Shown here: positions 29,714 to 50,020 of the stretch, one piece after another
Position numbering within the stretch: position 1 is the first letter of the stretch
How the letters are laid out: each line of letters opens with the position of its first letter
Origin: Eledone cirrhosa
Lineage: Eukaryota
Reading direction: 5' to 3'
NCBI GenBank assembly: GCA_964016885.1
Contig: OZ024750.1
Span: 48,174,001 to 48,238,000, forward strand
Length of the DNA stretch: 64,000 nt
The notes under the pieces: model-generated
Database searches by the model: none
The model's input: only the letters and a program-made list of their open reading frames with translations
What the model was told of the DNA's origin: nothing
Translations under genes and position numbers: made by a program

Positions 29714-30610
29714 AGTCCGGCTGCTGTCTTTTTAACAAACCACTCTTCACTGATTGACCTCGATGTCACGTGATTGATTCTTTTGAATTTGCCACCGACG
29801 CAGTAGGCGGTGATATTTTCAATGGCTTGGAACTTAGTCCACGCTTTGCTTTTTTTCATCCACTGAATTATTTTTGTATAAGTTCCCTGTGTCCACGTAT
29901 TGCCTGGAAACTTAGCTGAGAATAGACTTCCCTTATGACGAAAGGCTTCTCCGTACGTTTCTTCGGAAACTACGTTTATTCCCTTTCAGAATCTAATTAG
30001 TTGGAGTGAAATTTTAGTAAGTTAATTTTTATAATTTTCTTATTTTACGTCTCTCATATTATTGTTCTGCATCCCCATGCATTGAACGACAAAGTTAATA
30101 AGACAAAACCTATATATTTGCTGGCACAGGTATGCATCTGTATACACATGTTAGTAAATATACTAATTCTTTATAATTATCTCCAAATTATTTTGTCGAG
30201 CCAAAATTGGCCAAAACTGCTGCTATAGTTCATAGTAGCAGTCCGGCTGCTGTCTTTCTAACAAACCACTCTTCACTGATTGACCTCGATGTCACGTGAT
30301 TGATTCTTTTGAATTTGCCACCGACGCAGTAGGCAGTGATTTGTTCAATGGCTTGGAACTTAGTCCACGCTTTGCTTTTTTCCATCCACTGAATTATGTT
30401 TGTATAAGTTCCCTGTGTCCACCTATTGCCTGGAAACTTAGCTGAGAAGAGACTTCCCTGATGACGAAAGGCTTCTCCGTACGTTTCTTCGGAAACTACG
30501 TTTATTCCCTTTCAGAATCTAATTAGTTGGAGTGAAATTTGAGTAAGTAAGTTAATTTTTATAATTTTCTTATTTTACGTCTCTCTTGACTGTTGTAGAT
30601 ACGCCACGTT
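29714..30610 (+). mobile_element. Direct-repeat (526-bp period) HHR-containing non-autonomous element between TA tracts
   Basis: 29714-30056 repeated at 30240-30586; second copy has acttcc-CTGATGA-cgaaag..ttcg-GAAA-cta..tag-TT-ggagt. Confidence 0.7.
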
Positions 30611-30655
<45 letters not shown>

Positions 30656-31813
30656 GGATGTATAGTTAGATAGATAAATAAGTAGAGGGAAAGCGGGGGA
30701 CAATAGAGCGAGAAGGAGGGATATTGAGGGGGAAAGAGTGAGAGAAAGTGGGTGAGATAGAGAGAAGCAGAGAGGAATAATCAACCCCACAACTGGATTG
30801 TAATTTTATAGAACACGCGAAATATTAATAGGCCGAAATTTCCCCCGATGTTTTTGAACGAAAGTCAAAGAGAACCGTAATAGATACTGCAGCACATTCT
30901 CCTATCCGGCTCCCTAACGAAGGTGCGAATCCGTGCTTCCATATAATTTCTTTTTAGCAAATTTAATTCTAGAGATTCTAACCCTAACCCTAACCCTTGA
31001 CTATCGTAAATATAATTGACTATGAATTCACACATTTGATCGAACTTTGGACTTCGTTGATGTGCAGCAAACATCTAAATTATACAGGCGAACTTCTGAA
31101 AATAACAGGAATGGTATATAGTATCTGTTAGTTATAGATGTAGGTAACAACTATCTGTGAAATGTCTGGAAAATTGTTTATTCAATGTCTGCTGATAAAG
31201 ATACAATTGAATTAAAACATCATACCCAACAGTAATAACAAACATTACGATATTTCATGTCACTATATCAAATTTAATCTTAGAATATTTTTCTCAAGAT
31301 ACTTCTCAAATTTTATGAAGAATTCAGCCATGACGTTTTTCTACCCAGGAGTTATGTGAGTGTGTTTGTATGTGAGTGCTTGTGGGTGAATATGTCGATG
31401 TAATTTCTCTGCGTTGTTTCCAACAAGAAATATTCCTTATGTGTGAACAAAGGGACAGGCTATTTGAGAAATTAACGCGCACATAATCGGGTATTCCGGC
31501 AACAAGTACATAGAACTCGGGTCGATTTAGCTTGAGAGTGTGTGAAAATAGCAGGCTCTTTGATTTAAAGCGCAGCTAAATGGACCTGAACAACGAGATA
31601 TAAAGTGTCTTGAAATAAAGAACATAGAACTACCACACCATGGGGAATCAGGCCCCTACATTATGATATTCAGACTAACATACCACCCAGAAAAATACAG
31701 ACCTACATATATAAGAAAGGTAATGAAATATATTCATAGATAACTAAGCGTGGACTAAGATATTTCGAAGCTTAAATACTATATTGATCATTAAAGAGGA
31801 CATATTGATCATT

Positions 31814-31996
31814 ATTGGCAGTATCGGTAGCGAGTCGGATGCTATCCTTTGAAGCAAAGAGTTATGGCCCTTTATGGCCTGAGTTCAAATCCCGCCGAGG
31901 TTATCTTTGCATTTGATCCTTATGGGGTCGATGAAATAAAGTACCAGTAATGCACAGGGATAATTCCTGGCCTTGTGCCAAACGTAGAAACAATTA
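31814..31996 (+). mobile_element. tRNA-derived SINE family 1
   Basis: Homologous to 27430-27610. Confidence 0.85.
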
Positions 31997-32579
31997 TCAA
32001 GTGTTTTGTTTAAATTTTTTATTAATTTTAATAAGATACTAGACGAAAAACGTTATCTTGCATTCAGTGCCGAGGGTCTCTAGTCTTAAGATTTGATAAA
32101 TGTTAGTAAACGCTGACGAGTGTATGAATATTTTTCATTAACTTTCTTATAATTAATTAAGCCTTGATTTTATTATTTTGAGCTGTATTTAGAGACTAGA
32201 CATATGTTTGATTTTATGTCATTCATGGCATCCTTTACTTTAAATGTAATATAATAATAAGACCTACATTTATAAGTATATTCGATATACTTCATCTGTA
32301 AGTTTATCCAATGCAGTGTCAACATATTTAACTATAGTCTAGCATATATTTGATATATATTCTACCAATGTCATTATACTCTGGTATAATTCAGTATTTT
32401 CATAATACAACCATATCATGTGATACCATTATTCATGTATCCTGACATGTTTACTATTAATTCATAATATCCGTTGTTTTCAATTTTTAAAATATTTTGA
32501 TTTTATCTGATTTACAATCAGTGTGATACGTATTGTGTTATTTGTGTATGTACATATATTTGTGTATGCATACACAGAG

Positions 32580-33248
<669 letters not shown>

Positions 33249-34168
33249 GCCGATATAACTTCAATTATTTTATGACAATAAAATCACGCAATGCTTCGAG
33301 CTTATTCTAGTAGGTGGCATTGAAGCATACACGTAACGTTTATTAAATTCGGAAAATATAATAGAAATAATGAGTGTACATATGAATACAAATTAGAGTA
33401 ATACAGATATTTCAAATCAGATATATAATCTTTATAATATCTCATCAACAATATGTATTTTAGGAAGTTGGTTCCTAATCCTTTTGGCAAAATTTTAAAT
33501 TTATACATTTCATGCATTGGGGATTTCCTGATTCCTAGTAAAGTGCGTAAATACATATTTACATTGAAGAACATAACAATTTTATATTTGAACTTCAAAT
33601 ACGACTTTTTGACTTATAGAGGTGTAATATGGTTCTTGGCTATTAATCGTTTCTGTATCGTTTTTTTTTTCCTTATTTGTAATGCAGATATATTTGATGT
33701 GAACCAAAAGAGAGTCCTTTTGCCACTAGCATGCCTCTGGATCGTTTAGGATTAGATAGAAAGAGGAGGATCTGATTGGGGTGGTAACAGTATTCTATAT
33801 GTTGTGTATTCTTATAATTTCATTGACATTCTTGTTTATAAAATTCTACAGAAAGTTGAGATAGTTTACAGCCAGAGTTTGCGAATAACTTTATTTTCTA
33901 CGAATGTTTTCAGGCTGGCGTTGGTGTTTATAGTTTGTAATTTAATAGGGGACAATCTTTTCATCCGGTTCTCGTTTCGCTGTCAATCTCTACTCTTCCC
34001 AGCATCATCCCGGCTTCTCCAGTGATAGCAGGTGAGAACTGAAGGCCCAGAACAGAGAGCCGAACAAGGCACTCAGTCACTTAACCTGATGCTCTAACAA
34101 TTGGTAATCCGCCATTAATATATAAATGTACACACGCATGAACCACACATACACACACACACACAAGC

Positions 34169-37110
<2,942 letters not shown>

Positions 37111-37175
37111 TATATATATATATTTATACATATATATATATATATATACAAATGCACGCACACCCTCACACACAC

Positions 37176-37214
<39 letters not shown>

Positions 37215-37270
37215 TCTATATGTATATATATATATATATATATTAATGTATATATATATATATATATATG

Positions 37271-37515
37271 ACAAGTAAATATGTTTTGAAACAGTGCGCA
37301 GGTTTGAAATTAGAAAGTAGAATAGGTTTGACCGTATTTTATGACTAAAGAAATTTTAATCTGATAATGGGGTTTAGAACCCTCATCTAAATGGAAAAAG
37401 ATGTATATTGACGTACATGTACGGCAATACTCATCTTTTTCCATTTATCTGATGGTTCTAAACCCCATTATCATATTAAAATGTCTTTAGTAAAAAAAAT
37501 ACAGTGAAACAAATT
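37271..37515 (-). mobile_element. Family D palindromic insertion with tail
   Basis: gactaaag..ctgataatggggtttagaacc / ggttctaaaccccattatca..ctttagt; homologous to 44037-44250. Confidence 0.75.
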
Positions 37516-37995
37516 ATATATATATACATATATAGAATCATACATAGATCAGACACATATTGCAGCTAGCGTCTAGATGTCTAAAATCAAAGCAAACACA
37601 GTAAAAATAGCTTGAAGCAAATGTTTTAAAATGTTCAATTGTGAATACTTAGAAAAAAGATGCCAAATACAGAGCTATACTCTTATTATAAGAACGACTT
37701 TGGCGCCAGTTTGTTAAGAGGAAGTTAAACGTTGTTATATGTATGTTAATATATGTTTAAAATCGTCGGTTGTTATATATGTGCACAAACTGATAAAACT
37801 TCTAGACATAAGTTGCGTTTTGCGATTTTTATGTGTCACATTATCTATGCAGGTATGAATCACATCTATATTCTAATTATCAGCTTTAAAACCATATTAC
37901 TTTAGAAACTGACTTTTACCAACTAGTGCTTCTATGATAATACTGCTTTACAAGTGAAACATATAATCAAATATACAGATATAAATATGTACGAT

Positions 37996-38027
<32 letters not shown>

Positions 38028-38080
38028 CGTGTGCACTTGTTTAAAAGAAGCGTATCCACCAACACTTCTCTGTCTCTCTG

Positions 38081-38111
<31 letters not shown>

Positions 38112-38955
38112 GATAACTAAAACGTGCTGATAGTGTCTACATTAAACGTATAATATTTGATAACAATATAACCGTTGTGACACACAACTGCCAGACATCA
38201 GCCTGTATGTGGAACTGTATAGGGATTTATATATCTTTCCAAATTGAAGGCAAATGTCATGAAGATATTAAAGTAACATTGGTTTAAAGGATATGACTGA
38301 AACACGGATCCACTTCGTGCGATGGAAGTAATTTATAACTGTAATCGTTTCCACTTTTATCGATTTCAAATTTATCTTTTATCCTTTCATGGTCCTTAAA
38401 TAATGTCGCAATCAAATAGTGTTAACGGTTCTTTATATATATTATACCCAGTTTCACTCGACGTCTTAACAGCATCGCCCTTACGACTCTATAAGGATGC
38501 ATGACTTCGATGGCAGAGAAGATGGTGGGAAACGTTAAACATATCAGCTATGTCTGTCGGACATCAATACAGAAGTATATATAATTAGGTGATTATTTTT
38601 ATCTCAATATTTTCCGTCATAATATCATGTAAGTGCGTTTATTAAGTTGTGCTCCAGCCATCAGATTGATATTAGGAAATGTTGTTGCATTTTTATAATA
38701 CTTCAGATTCTTATTTTCTTAATTAACCACAAATCATAGGTAATATTTGTCTTTAGAAATATTGTAATGAACAGGTAAAATAAATAGCAAGCGCACCAAA
38801 TGATATATGATAATATATGGAATTAATTATATTCTAATTGTAAATAAAAAGGAACCAAATTTAACATTTCAAGTATATATATGCTACACACACACGCAAA
38901 CACACACACACACGCACACACACGCACACACATACACACACACACACACACACAT

Positions 38956-39034
<79 letters not shown>

Positions 39035-39863
39035 TATACATAATATATGTAGTACATATATCAACTTGATTTATTTAACATCTTGAGTACGTGCTATTTT
39101 GTAACTGGGTCTCAATAACAAAGGAAAAGAAAATATTCAGCAAATGAAAAATCAACATCATATTGCCAATATCGTGTCTGATGAAAGCCAACTGACTAGA
39201 AAAGATTCTCATTCTGGCTTATAACATAATTCTATTTGCATTGATCTGATAGCAATTGTTTGTAGTACATTTGAACAATTCATTATTGATGTTACTTGCA
39301 CGGTCAATGGGAGGTTACGGTATTTGCCAAAAGGTGAATATATAGAACATTATAACAAGGCGTCTATAATAAACTGACATTGACATTTCCTGCCCATTTG
39401 GCTAAATATGTTTGGTTTAAAGAGTGTATCGGCTTAACATACTTCATTGATTGCAGACAAATAACTTAGATATTTATTATAGTTGATTCAAGTATTACAG
39501 AATTACGTATACGATTGATCCAATGTCAGAGAGTTCATATACTATAATAAAAGAAAATCTTCAATCTACTGTACAACAAGAGGCAGTCCAAGACATTTAA
39601 CGATCTGCTGAAAAGTAGGGGCACTATGTCGCTGAAGTCCATTGTACACTATTATTTTTGGATCGGTAGCACTGAATAGGGAATGTCTTATGAGTGAAGA
39701 ACAACGAGATTTAAACGGTTGGAGAGCATTTAAACCATAATATACTCGTTCAGATCTGTTGATACACACAAATGCATCATATAACATGAGAAGAGAAAAA
39801 AGATGTGTATGCGTGGTATTTGCAATCTATGGTTGCCATAACAAATATGGATAGTACAGTATA

Positions 39864-40294
39864 GGGTTATTCCATATCAAATCACACAGTTACAAACATA
39901 CTTCCCAGGTCAGCCCCTCGGATCCGCCTTTATTTGCTGTACGTTTAATTCTTGGCAATGTTCAGAGTCTTGTAGATGGGAAAATATACGAAGTAAACTT
40001 GATTTAATCCAATATTTGAATTCTACAGAAGAAGTTAATCCCAAACTCATGATTTTAAAGTCGTGTTTACCTTTATTAGACGAGAAATGGCCGTTTCAAT
40101 TGGTCCGAAAAAAGAAAATGTATAATTAATTAATAATTGAAGGTCTACAATTTCAAAATTATCAAATATATTGACATAATACTTGATATCTTCCTATTAT
40201 ATAGGTACAAGAGATAGTATGAAGTTTGTCAGGGGGGGGGGGGTCGGAGGGGTTGAACAGGGACCCGCTGGGTGATTTGAGAATGGAAGGACCC
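39864..40294. mobile_element. MITE with ~26-bp imperfect TIRs and TA/TATA target duplication
   Basis: tata-gggttattccatatcaaatcacacag ... ctgggtgatttgagaatggaaggaccc-tata. Confidence 0.65.
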
Positions 40295-40482
40295 TATATG
40301 AATCTTATAAGTAGTGTAATCCATATAAGTATTTAAGTAACAACATTCAGTTAATTTCGATGAACAAAACGAATGCGATTACACACAGCACCTAACAACT
40401 ACTGTTATATATATATATACACACACACGCACACACACACACACACCCACACACACATATACACACACACATATATATATCA

Positions 40483-40737
40483 GTGAAGGTGCATGGCTTA
40501 GTGGTTAGAGCATTGGGCTTTCAATCGAAAGGTTGTGAGTTCAATTCTCGCACCTGGTGATGTTTTGTTTCCTTGAGCAATACACTTTATTTCATGTTGC
40601 TCCAGTTTACTCAGCTGTAGAAATGAGTACATGCCCGCCCAGGCAGTGGGATGACGTTATCTTATGGCTAAAACAGCACAACGTGCTCTGACCAGCGGCG
40701 CAAATTGGTGCCCGACAGACTGGTCGGTCAAGGTGAT
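40483..40737 (+). mobile_element. tRNA-derived SINE family 2 with CORE-like central domain
   Basis: gtgaaggtgcatggcttagtggttagagc (A-box), gagttcaattc (B-box), ccttgagcaatacacttt..ctcagctgtagaaatgag. Confidence 0.75.
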
Positions 40738-40754
40738 GAAGGTGATATATATAT

Positions 40755-43446
<2,692 letters not shown>

Positions 43447-43500
43447 TATATATATATATATATTTACTTGTTGTATCCCAACAATTTTAAATAGAACTTT

Positions 43501-43550
<50 letters not shown>

Positions 43551-43609
43551 TTTACTTGTTGTATCCCAACAATTTTAAATAGAAGTTTTGCATATATATA
43601 TATATATAT

Positions 43610-44015
43610 ATTAAAGTACAAATATTAATAAAATAGATGTTCTTTGATCAATTATATTTTATTATACATATTTCGGATGTACAACAGTACGTCCTCATTG
43701 GACAAAATATAATGATACATGAGATACCCTGAGATGTTAAATGGTTAAGATTTAATCACTACCATGATTAAGTCTTAACCATATAACATCTCATGGTATG
43801 TCAAGTATCATTATATTTTGTCTGATGAGGACGTACTGTTGTACATCTGAAATGTGTATAATAAAATGTAATTGATCAAAAGAACATCTATTTTATTAAT
43901 ATTTGTATTTTAATATTAATAACTCCGGAATTTTTTTTTTTAATGTAGAGTGCTTCCAATCTAATGTAAAACTCATTCTTTGACATACTCTTTGAATATT
44001 GTTTACCACTTTAAT
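43610..44015 (+). mobile_element. Family C palindromic insertion with HHR (43816-43866) and tail on the right
   Basis: Arms 43610-43759 / 43765-43913; ttttgt-CTGATGA-ggacgtac/gtacatct-GAAA-tgtgta-TA-ataaaa. Confidence 0.85.
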
Positions 44016-44036
44016 ATATATATATATATATATATA

Positions 44037-44245
44037 TTTTACCGTATTTTTGACTAAAGGAATTTTAGCCTGATAATGGGGTTTAGAACCCTCAGATAAA
44101 TGGATACGTCAATACTCACCTTTTCCCATTTATCTGACGGTTATAAACCCCATTATCAGACTAAAATTCCTTCGGTCAAAAGTACGGTTAAAGCTATTCT
44201 ATTTTATAATTTCAAACCTGCTCACTGTTTCTAAACATACTTACT

Positions 44246-44250
<5 letters not shown>
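44037..44250 (+). mobile_element. Family D palindromic insertion with tail
   Basis: Arms 44040-44103 / 44126-44189 plus tail to the TA tract. Confidence 0.78.
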
Positions 44251-44309
<59 letters not shown>

Positions 44310-44329
44310 AATGAATAATAACAGGTAGA

Positions 44330-44378
<49 letters not shown>

Positions 44379-44575
44379 TTTACAGATTGACTTTGTTAGT
44401 TTCAGAAGATCCCGTTAAGGGTGAAACAGCGATTCTTTGCTTAAACTTTAATCTGTCATTTTAATAAATATTTGCTCTACGGTTCTTATATATTTGATAT
44501 ATATTTATCCTTATCGAACCCTCTTTGGATTTTAGTCTTCTTACAATTGATTATTATTATTATTATTACTATATA

Positions 44576-44633
<58 letters not shown>

Positions 44634-44636
44634 ATA

Positions 44637-44995
<359 letters not shown>

Positions 44996-45150
44996 TATAT
45001 ATAGAGAGAGAGAGTGAGAGAGACGAATAGATAGATATACAATATATATATATTATATACCAGCGGGTGAATAGTTGAGAGGAGACGGTTGAAAGAGTAA
45101 AGGACTGTAGTGGTTGTGTTGTCTGGTTTACAGTATGATGTGAGACCGTA

Positions 45151-45249
<99 letters not shown>

Positions 45250-45371
45250 AGAGAGAGAGAGTCAGAGAGAGAGAAAGAGTGAGAGAGAGAATGAGAGAGA
45301 GAGAGAGTGAGACAGAGAGATAAAGAGAGTGAGACAGAGATAAACACAAAACAATCATAACAATTCCTTAT

Positions 45372-45545
45372 TAGGCCAGGGAGTAAACTGCCGATTAAAT
45401 TGTAGCATTGGCCTTGGATTTTAAACGTTGTGAATTGATTATAGTCTGTATGGTCTTTTTCAGCTTCAAAGGACATCATCTGAAACGCCGCAATATTCCG
45501 CATAACATTCTTTCTGAAGTGTTTAGTTTCGTTAGTACTCTCAGT
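45372..45545 (-). pseudogene. Helitron RepHel N-terminal fragment
   Basis: HFRKNV.RNIAAFQMMSF..TFKIQGQCYNLIGSLLP matches the Helitron F..NIR.YN.AFQMTSFG..TFKIQGQ.YH.IGSLLP motif. Confidence 0.8.
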
Positions 45546-45904
45546 ATGTAGTATATGGATAAAAGCTGCGTGGGTAGATTAATTTCAAATAGTATCAATG
45601 TTGTTTTGTAAAATCAAAGCTTGTAAACGCCTTTATAAAAGCTAACGCAACGTTGTTAACCTTCCTATAGATCAAATTATCTATAGTTAGGGACATTTCT
45701 AGACTTTCGTGGGACGCTACTCTCCCTCTCTCCACCTCTCTCTTTGTTTCTCTCTCTCTCTCTCTCTCTGAATACCTAACACGCCACTTGTATCTCTCTC
45801 TCTGTATAACTGCCTAATTCTCTCTTTCTGCCTCTCCATCTGTGTTTCTCTCCCTTTAGATGTGTGTGTATAATGTTCGTGTTTCTCTCCCTTTAGATGT
45901 GTGT

Positions 45905-45936
<32 letters not shown>

Positions 45937-46647
45937 AGTTTTCGTGTGATTCAACCAAACAAACAACCAACCAATAAACATCTTTCTTTTATAGGTATAG
46001 ATATTTCAGAAAATATATATTTTCACTAACTCTGACAGGTGGCAGGTAAGGAGATTATTGTACTGATGAAGGGTAATCGCCCAGAGACATTAGTGTCTGC
46101 AGTTCTGTTTTCATGCTTTCCTATGAGGCATTACCTCCATATATATAGTATATGGATGCTCAAGAATAATGTTTTCCAACATAGGCTCAACGCCAAATTT
46201 ATTTTATCGACCTCGAAAGGATGAAAAGCAAAGTTAATCTTGACGAAACCTGAGCTCAGTATGTAGATGTCCTTAACATAATGATGCCAACCCTTTTTTT
46301 TCGATGCTCTATCGATAGTGATTATCTACCCTCTTCAAACGTTTAATTATTTCTCATTCAAGCAGAAAACATCGATAGTGGTTTGAGTAGTATTAATTTT
46401 GTCGACTTCACTGCTTGACTGCTACCATAGTGCATTTATTTAAAAGGATGAAAATTAAATCTGAATTCAGAAGGAGTTGAGCGTCCCACGTAAACAGACA
46501 TAAGTGTTACAATAGAAAATAGGAAATGCTGAGTTCACATCCTAACTTAGAAAGATTCCTGCATATTCCTACATCTATTTTTCTTACACTAATTTGGGGA
46601 ATGTGAAACAAGTAACGAAACAGCTATAAACAAACATGATATAACAA

Positions 46648-46699
<52 letters not shown>

Positions 46700-47439
46700 C
46701 GGTGCATGCAATTCTCCCTCATATATGTTCGTTGATGATGATATAGTTTGCTGTGAAATACGTTTGAGGTATCGTATTACAAAATATATTCTACTTTAAG
46801 GTAGTATAACTTTTAGGCAAAAATAATTGTATACAATAGTTGCAAACGTCACGATAATTAAAATGGTACTCAATTTTTTAAATGTATTGTACATACAATA
46901 TAAGGATAGAATATACATGTATAAGTAAATATATGTATATATATATATATATATATATGCGTGTATATATAGACACATTTCTATATAATATATAAAGAAG
47001 TATATGCGTGCGTGCGTGAGTATAGATATATATACATATTCTCTCACATGTACTTATATAATCACACAAACAGATAAGCATAAATAGTGAAATATATGTG
47101 TTATTTTATATAGGTTGAACAATTTACGTTTCACAACATTTGCTAAACATGTTGAGCTTGTATTTCTTTGGCTTTCTCTATTGTTTGAATATCTAGAATT
47201 TAGCAATTGTTTCTTTAGTAATGATTCGTGATTTTGGACAATTCGTTGGAAGTTTGTCTTAACACCTTATTGATATCTGCAAGGCATCAATTCGTTTGAT
47301 GATAGTGCGTGGGTATATGTGCTTGCACAGGCATACACAAGAGAAGTAATGTATGTACGAAAATAATAATCATTTGCATAAATAAACGTAAATAGGTATT
47401 TATAATCTGAACATATATACACAAACGCAGGCATGTACG

Positions 47440-47478
<39 letters not shown>

Positions 47479-47481
<3 letters not shown>

Positions 47482-48574
47482 AACAAGTAAGACCCCGACG
47501 GCTGAGCTCAAACCGTTTCGACGGCTAATTCTGTACTGAATGAAAAATTAATTCTGGTATTTAAATAGCCGAACTTAGCAAGGGGTAATTCCATATATGG
47601 TCAAAGAGATAATCACCAGGATTGGTCACATCACAAGTTAGTAGTAAAACTGTGATGGCAAGTTGGTGGGGAAAGGGGTAGCTAAACCTGCCAGTAGGAG
47701 AAAAGGGGAGAGGGGGTGGGAAAGACCCATTCATGCGTTGGTAGTGCCAGCTACAGCTGGGTGTGAGGTCAAAGAGGATACTTTCTTGCACTGGGTGGTT
47801 GCTGGCTCTGTGTTTGGGGTAGAAACCTTTATTATTTTCGTGGTAGTCTCTTTAGTATTCTGGCCCCCCTTTTGTTGTGCCGTCACCGTACGATACACGC
47901 ACTTATACCTCGTATTAGGATCCCTTTATTTCCGTCCCACCTAGTTTTTTTCTATTATTATCATTTATTTTTTTATTCTACATTATATATATAGATATAT
48001 TTTTTTTTTAAATTTATTTATCTATTCTTTTATTCACTTATTTGTTTATTTATTTATTTATGTATTTCTTCAGCCTAGCAATGGCGAGAGACTTAGGTCT
48101 TAGTAACCAGATTTTGCTTATATTTTTTTTTCTCTCTCAGTACCTTTCACCGTTTTACCTTTCATTGTTCTACTTACCGTTTCGACCTTCCCAGTATCCT
48201 CTTTGACCTCACACCCAGCTGTAGCTGGCACTACCAACGCATGAATGGGTCTACTCCACCCCCTCTCCCCTTTTCTCCTACTGGCAGGTTTAGCTACCCC
48301 TTCCCCCACCAACTTGCCATCACATATTTACTACTAACTTGTGATGTGACCAATCCTGGTGATTATCTCTTTGACCATATATGGAATTACCCCTTGATAA
48401 GTTCGGCTATTTAAATACCAGAATTAATTTTTCATTCAGTACAGAATTAGCCGTCGAAACGGCTTGAGCTCAGCCGTCGGGGTCTTACTTGTTCCTATTA
48501 CCCACTCTACTACCCTAAGTATTGAGTACTTTGGTGCGTTATGGTCCACCTGGTTCTTTACCACATTTCCTTCG

Positions 48575-48577
<3 letters not shown>
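47479..48577 (+). mobile_element. Family A fold-back PLE end (arms ~47479-47782 / 48194-48497, tail to 48577)
   Basis: ~300-bp near-perfect inverted repeat between (TA)n tracts; same tail as 2892-2971, 11961-12043 and 1129-1213. Confidence 0.88.
48389..48483 (+). ncRNA. Hammerhead ribozyme, U3-A8 core variant
   Basis: acccc-TTGATAA-..cggcta..tagccg..-GAAA-cggct..agccg-TC-ggggt. Confidence 0.7.
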
Positions 48578-48659
<82 letters not shown>

Positions 48660-49607
48660 ATATATATATATATATATGTCAAGTCAACAGTTGGTGCTAT
48701 TGGTAACCTCTATCCCAGTACAACCAGTCTCATGGTCGGGTCGTTTGCGACTAAACTGGTAACCCCACCTAGGTTTCTTGGTGAGGAGGGTGACTTTAGA
48801 CATCCTGCAGGACTAAAAATAAAACCTGTCAAAGGCAAAGGAGCTCTTAAGAGTCAATGGCCATCCAAAATCACCGGGAGAGATGACCCCTTAGCCTTTG
48901 TGAAGGCAGAATTCTAGGAGAGGGAAAACTCTGATAAAACACCTGCAACTCTGATGGTATCCAATGATGTTGACTTGTTATTCTTTTTAGTAAATATCAT
49001 CTTGGTTAAGAGAGTGGGACTGGCTTTGTGCAGTGCCTTAGCTCACTATAAAAGCTTCACAGCACAGGGATTGCTTTATATCTGGAGCTCTGTCTGCACT
49101 TGTCGGCACATCGTACCATGGGCACAGCACTATGTGTCAATAATTGTCACAGGTGTAGTGTTTGTACCAGAGTTTTCAAGTCGCTGGCTGGACTAAAAGG
49201 TCAAACTCCTTCAGCGCATCGGTAGGGGTTCTCCTACATCGATGTAAAGTAGTGGCCGTACTCGAAAATGAGTTGGCTGCCACCATATATATATATATAT
49301 ATATGTGTGTATATATATATATATGTGTGTATTTGTTATTTTGTTCCTTCAACACATTGTCCCTTCTACCATTTTATCATGTTTTAAGCTAACTCCAACA
49401 ATAACAACACTCAGCATGAGGAATGTTCTAATAACTGACCAATGATGGGAGAAGAGGACCTTTGACACTGCAATTCGTTTGTTTGAATTCATATGATTCC
49501 AGTTCCTCAGTGAATTAACAACCCAACAAGGAACTGGGCATATCAGAGTATTGACAATATTATACACCTAAACAACATATGTACTTGTCTATACCATACT
49601 AATTCAA

Positions 49608-49662
49608 ACTGCCTGAAGAGGTCACAGCCAAAGATGGCTGTCACTGAAATATATATAGCAGT
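49608..49662 (+). ncRNA. Type I hammerhead ribozyme
   Basis: actgc-CTGAAGA-ggtcacagcca/tggctgtcact-GAAA-tatata-TA-gcagt-AATAAA. Confidence 0.82.
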
Positions 49663-49861
49663 AATAAACGAAGCTAAATTTTAATCATTTGACTTTTTAT
49701 TTAACTTTATACCAAGCAGCCTACGCAGAAAGAATTTGCTATTACCTGGGTAAGATACAGACCTGGGAGTCATGACAACTAAGGGGTAACTCCACATACC
49801 CCACATCTCCTGAACTCCCGAACTGGAGCCATGCCACTGGATGTAGTTTAATGTCATACCC

Positions 49862-50019
<158 letters not shown>

Positions 50020-50020
50020 C

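Noticed and set aside
30978-30997. (TAACCC)3 telomere-like repeat
   Set aside because: Only three units, internal; common in interspersed repeats
39566-39787. 73-aa minus-strand ORF with a plausible splice acceptor
   Set aside because: No recognisable domain, no donor site or neighbouring exons; cannot be supported as an exon
40483-40555. tRNA-like sequence (also at 60489)
   Set aside because: SINE head with A/B boxes followed by SINE body; no proper cloverleaf
44125-44190. Possible HHR in family D (ctgacgg..)
   Set aside because: No GAAA box after the putative stem II
48680-49280. Segment resembling an RTE 5' UTR, possibly with an HDV-like ribozyme
   Set aside because: Could not build the nested double pseudoknot by eye; identity unverified
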